Source of the DNA: Chiloscyllium plagiosum
Taxonomy: Eukaryota
Reading direction: 5' to 3'
Length of the DNA stretch: 33,946 bases
NCBI RefSeq assembly: GCF_004010195.1
Contig: NW_025213520.1
Location: 1 to 33,946 of the forward strand
Shown: piece after piece, positions 33,937-33,946 of the stretch
How the letters are laid out: each line of letters starts with the position of its first letter
Position numbering within the stretch: the first letter of the stretch is position 1
Translations under genes and position numbers: made by a program
Notes under the pieces: model-generated
What the model was told of the DNA's origin: nothing
Databases searched by the model: none
Seen by the model: the letters and a program-made list of their open reading frames with translations, nothing else

Positions 33937-33946
33937 GTAAGTTCCT

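Overview
This is eukaryotic, repeat-rich DNA, most likely from a shark or other elasmobranch, judged from HE1/V-SINE-type SINEs, CR1-type LINEs and Penelope-like elements. Bases 1-21.2 kb are a mosaic of decayed, nested retroelements: Penelope-like elements (PLEs), CR1 and Rex/Babar LINE fragments, V-SINEs and two probable solo LTRs. This part also holds a near-perfect 607-bp tandem duplication and an 83-N gap. Bases 21233-33320 are a 39-bp tandem array of about 310 units, with an exact 936-bp (24-unit) higher-order periodicity repeated 11 times. The array alone explains the three ~4000-aa ORFs. The only recognisable host gene piece is a 109-bp exon at 33828-33936 (+), missed by the ORF track, that resembles the TM7 region of equilibrative nucleoside transporter 1 (SLC29A1). 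At least the array and its surroundings therefore probably lie in an SLC29A1 intron. The most notable hidden signals are several minimal type I hammerhead-ribozyme motifs at PLE-type 3' ends, one with a fully intact core inside a small TSD-flanked insertion. The satellite's higher-order structure is the other main signal, but it could be an assembly artefact. I see no convincing evidence of a wholly new multi-gene system. Family names come from recognition by eye, not database searches, and element boundaries are approximate unless stated.
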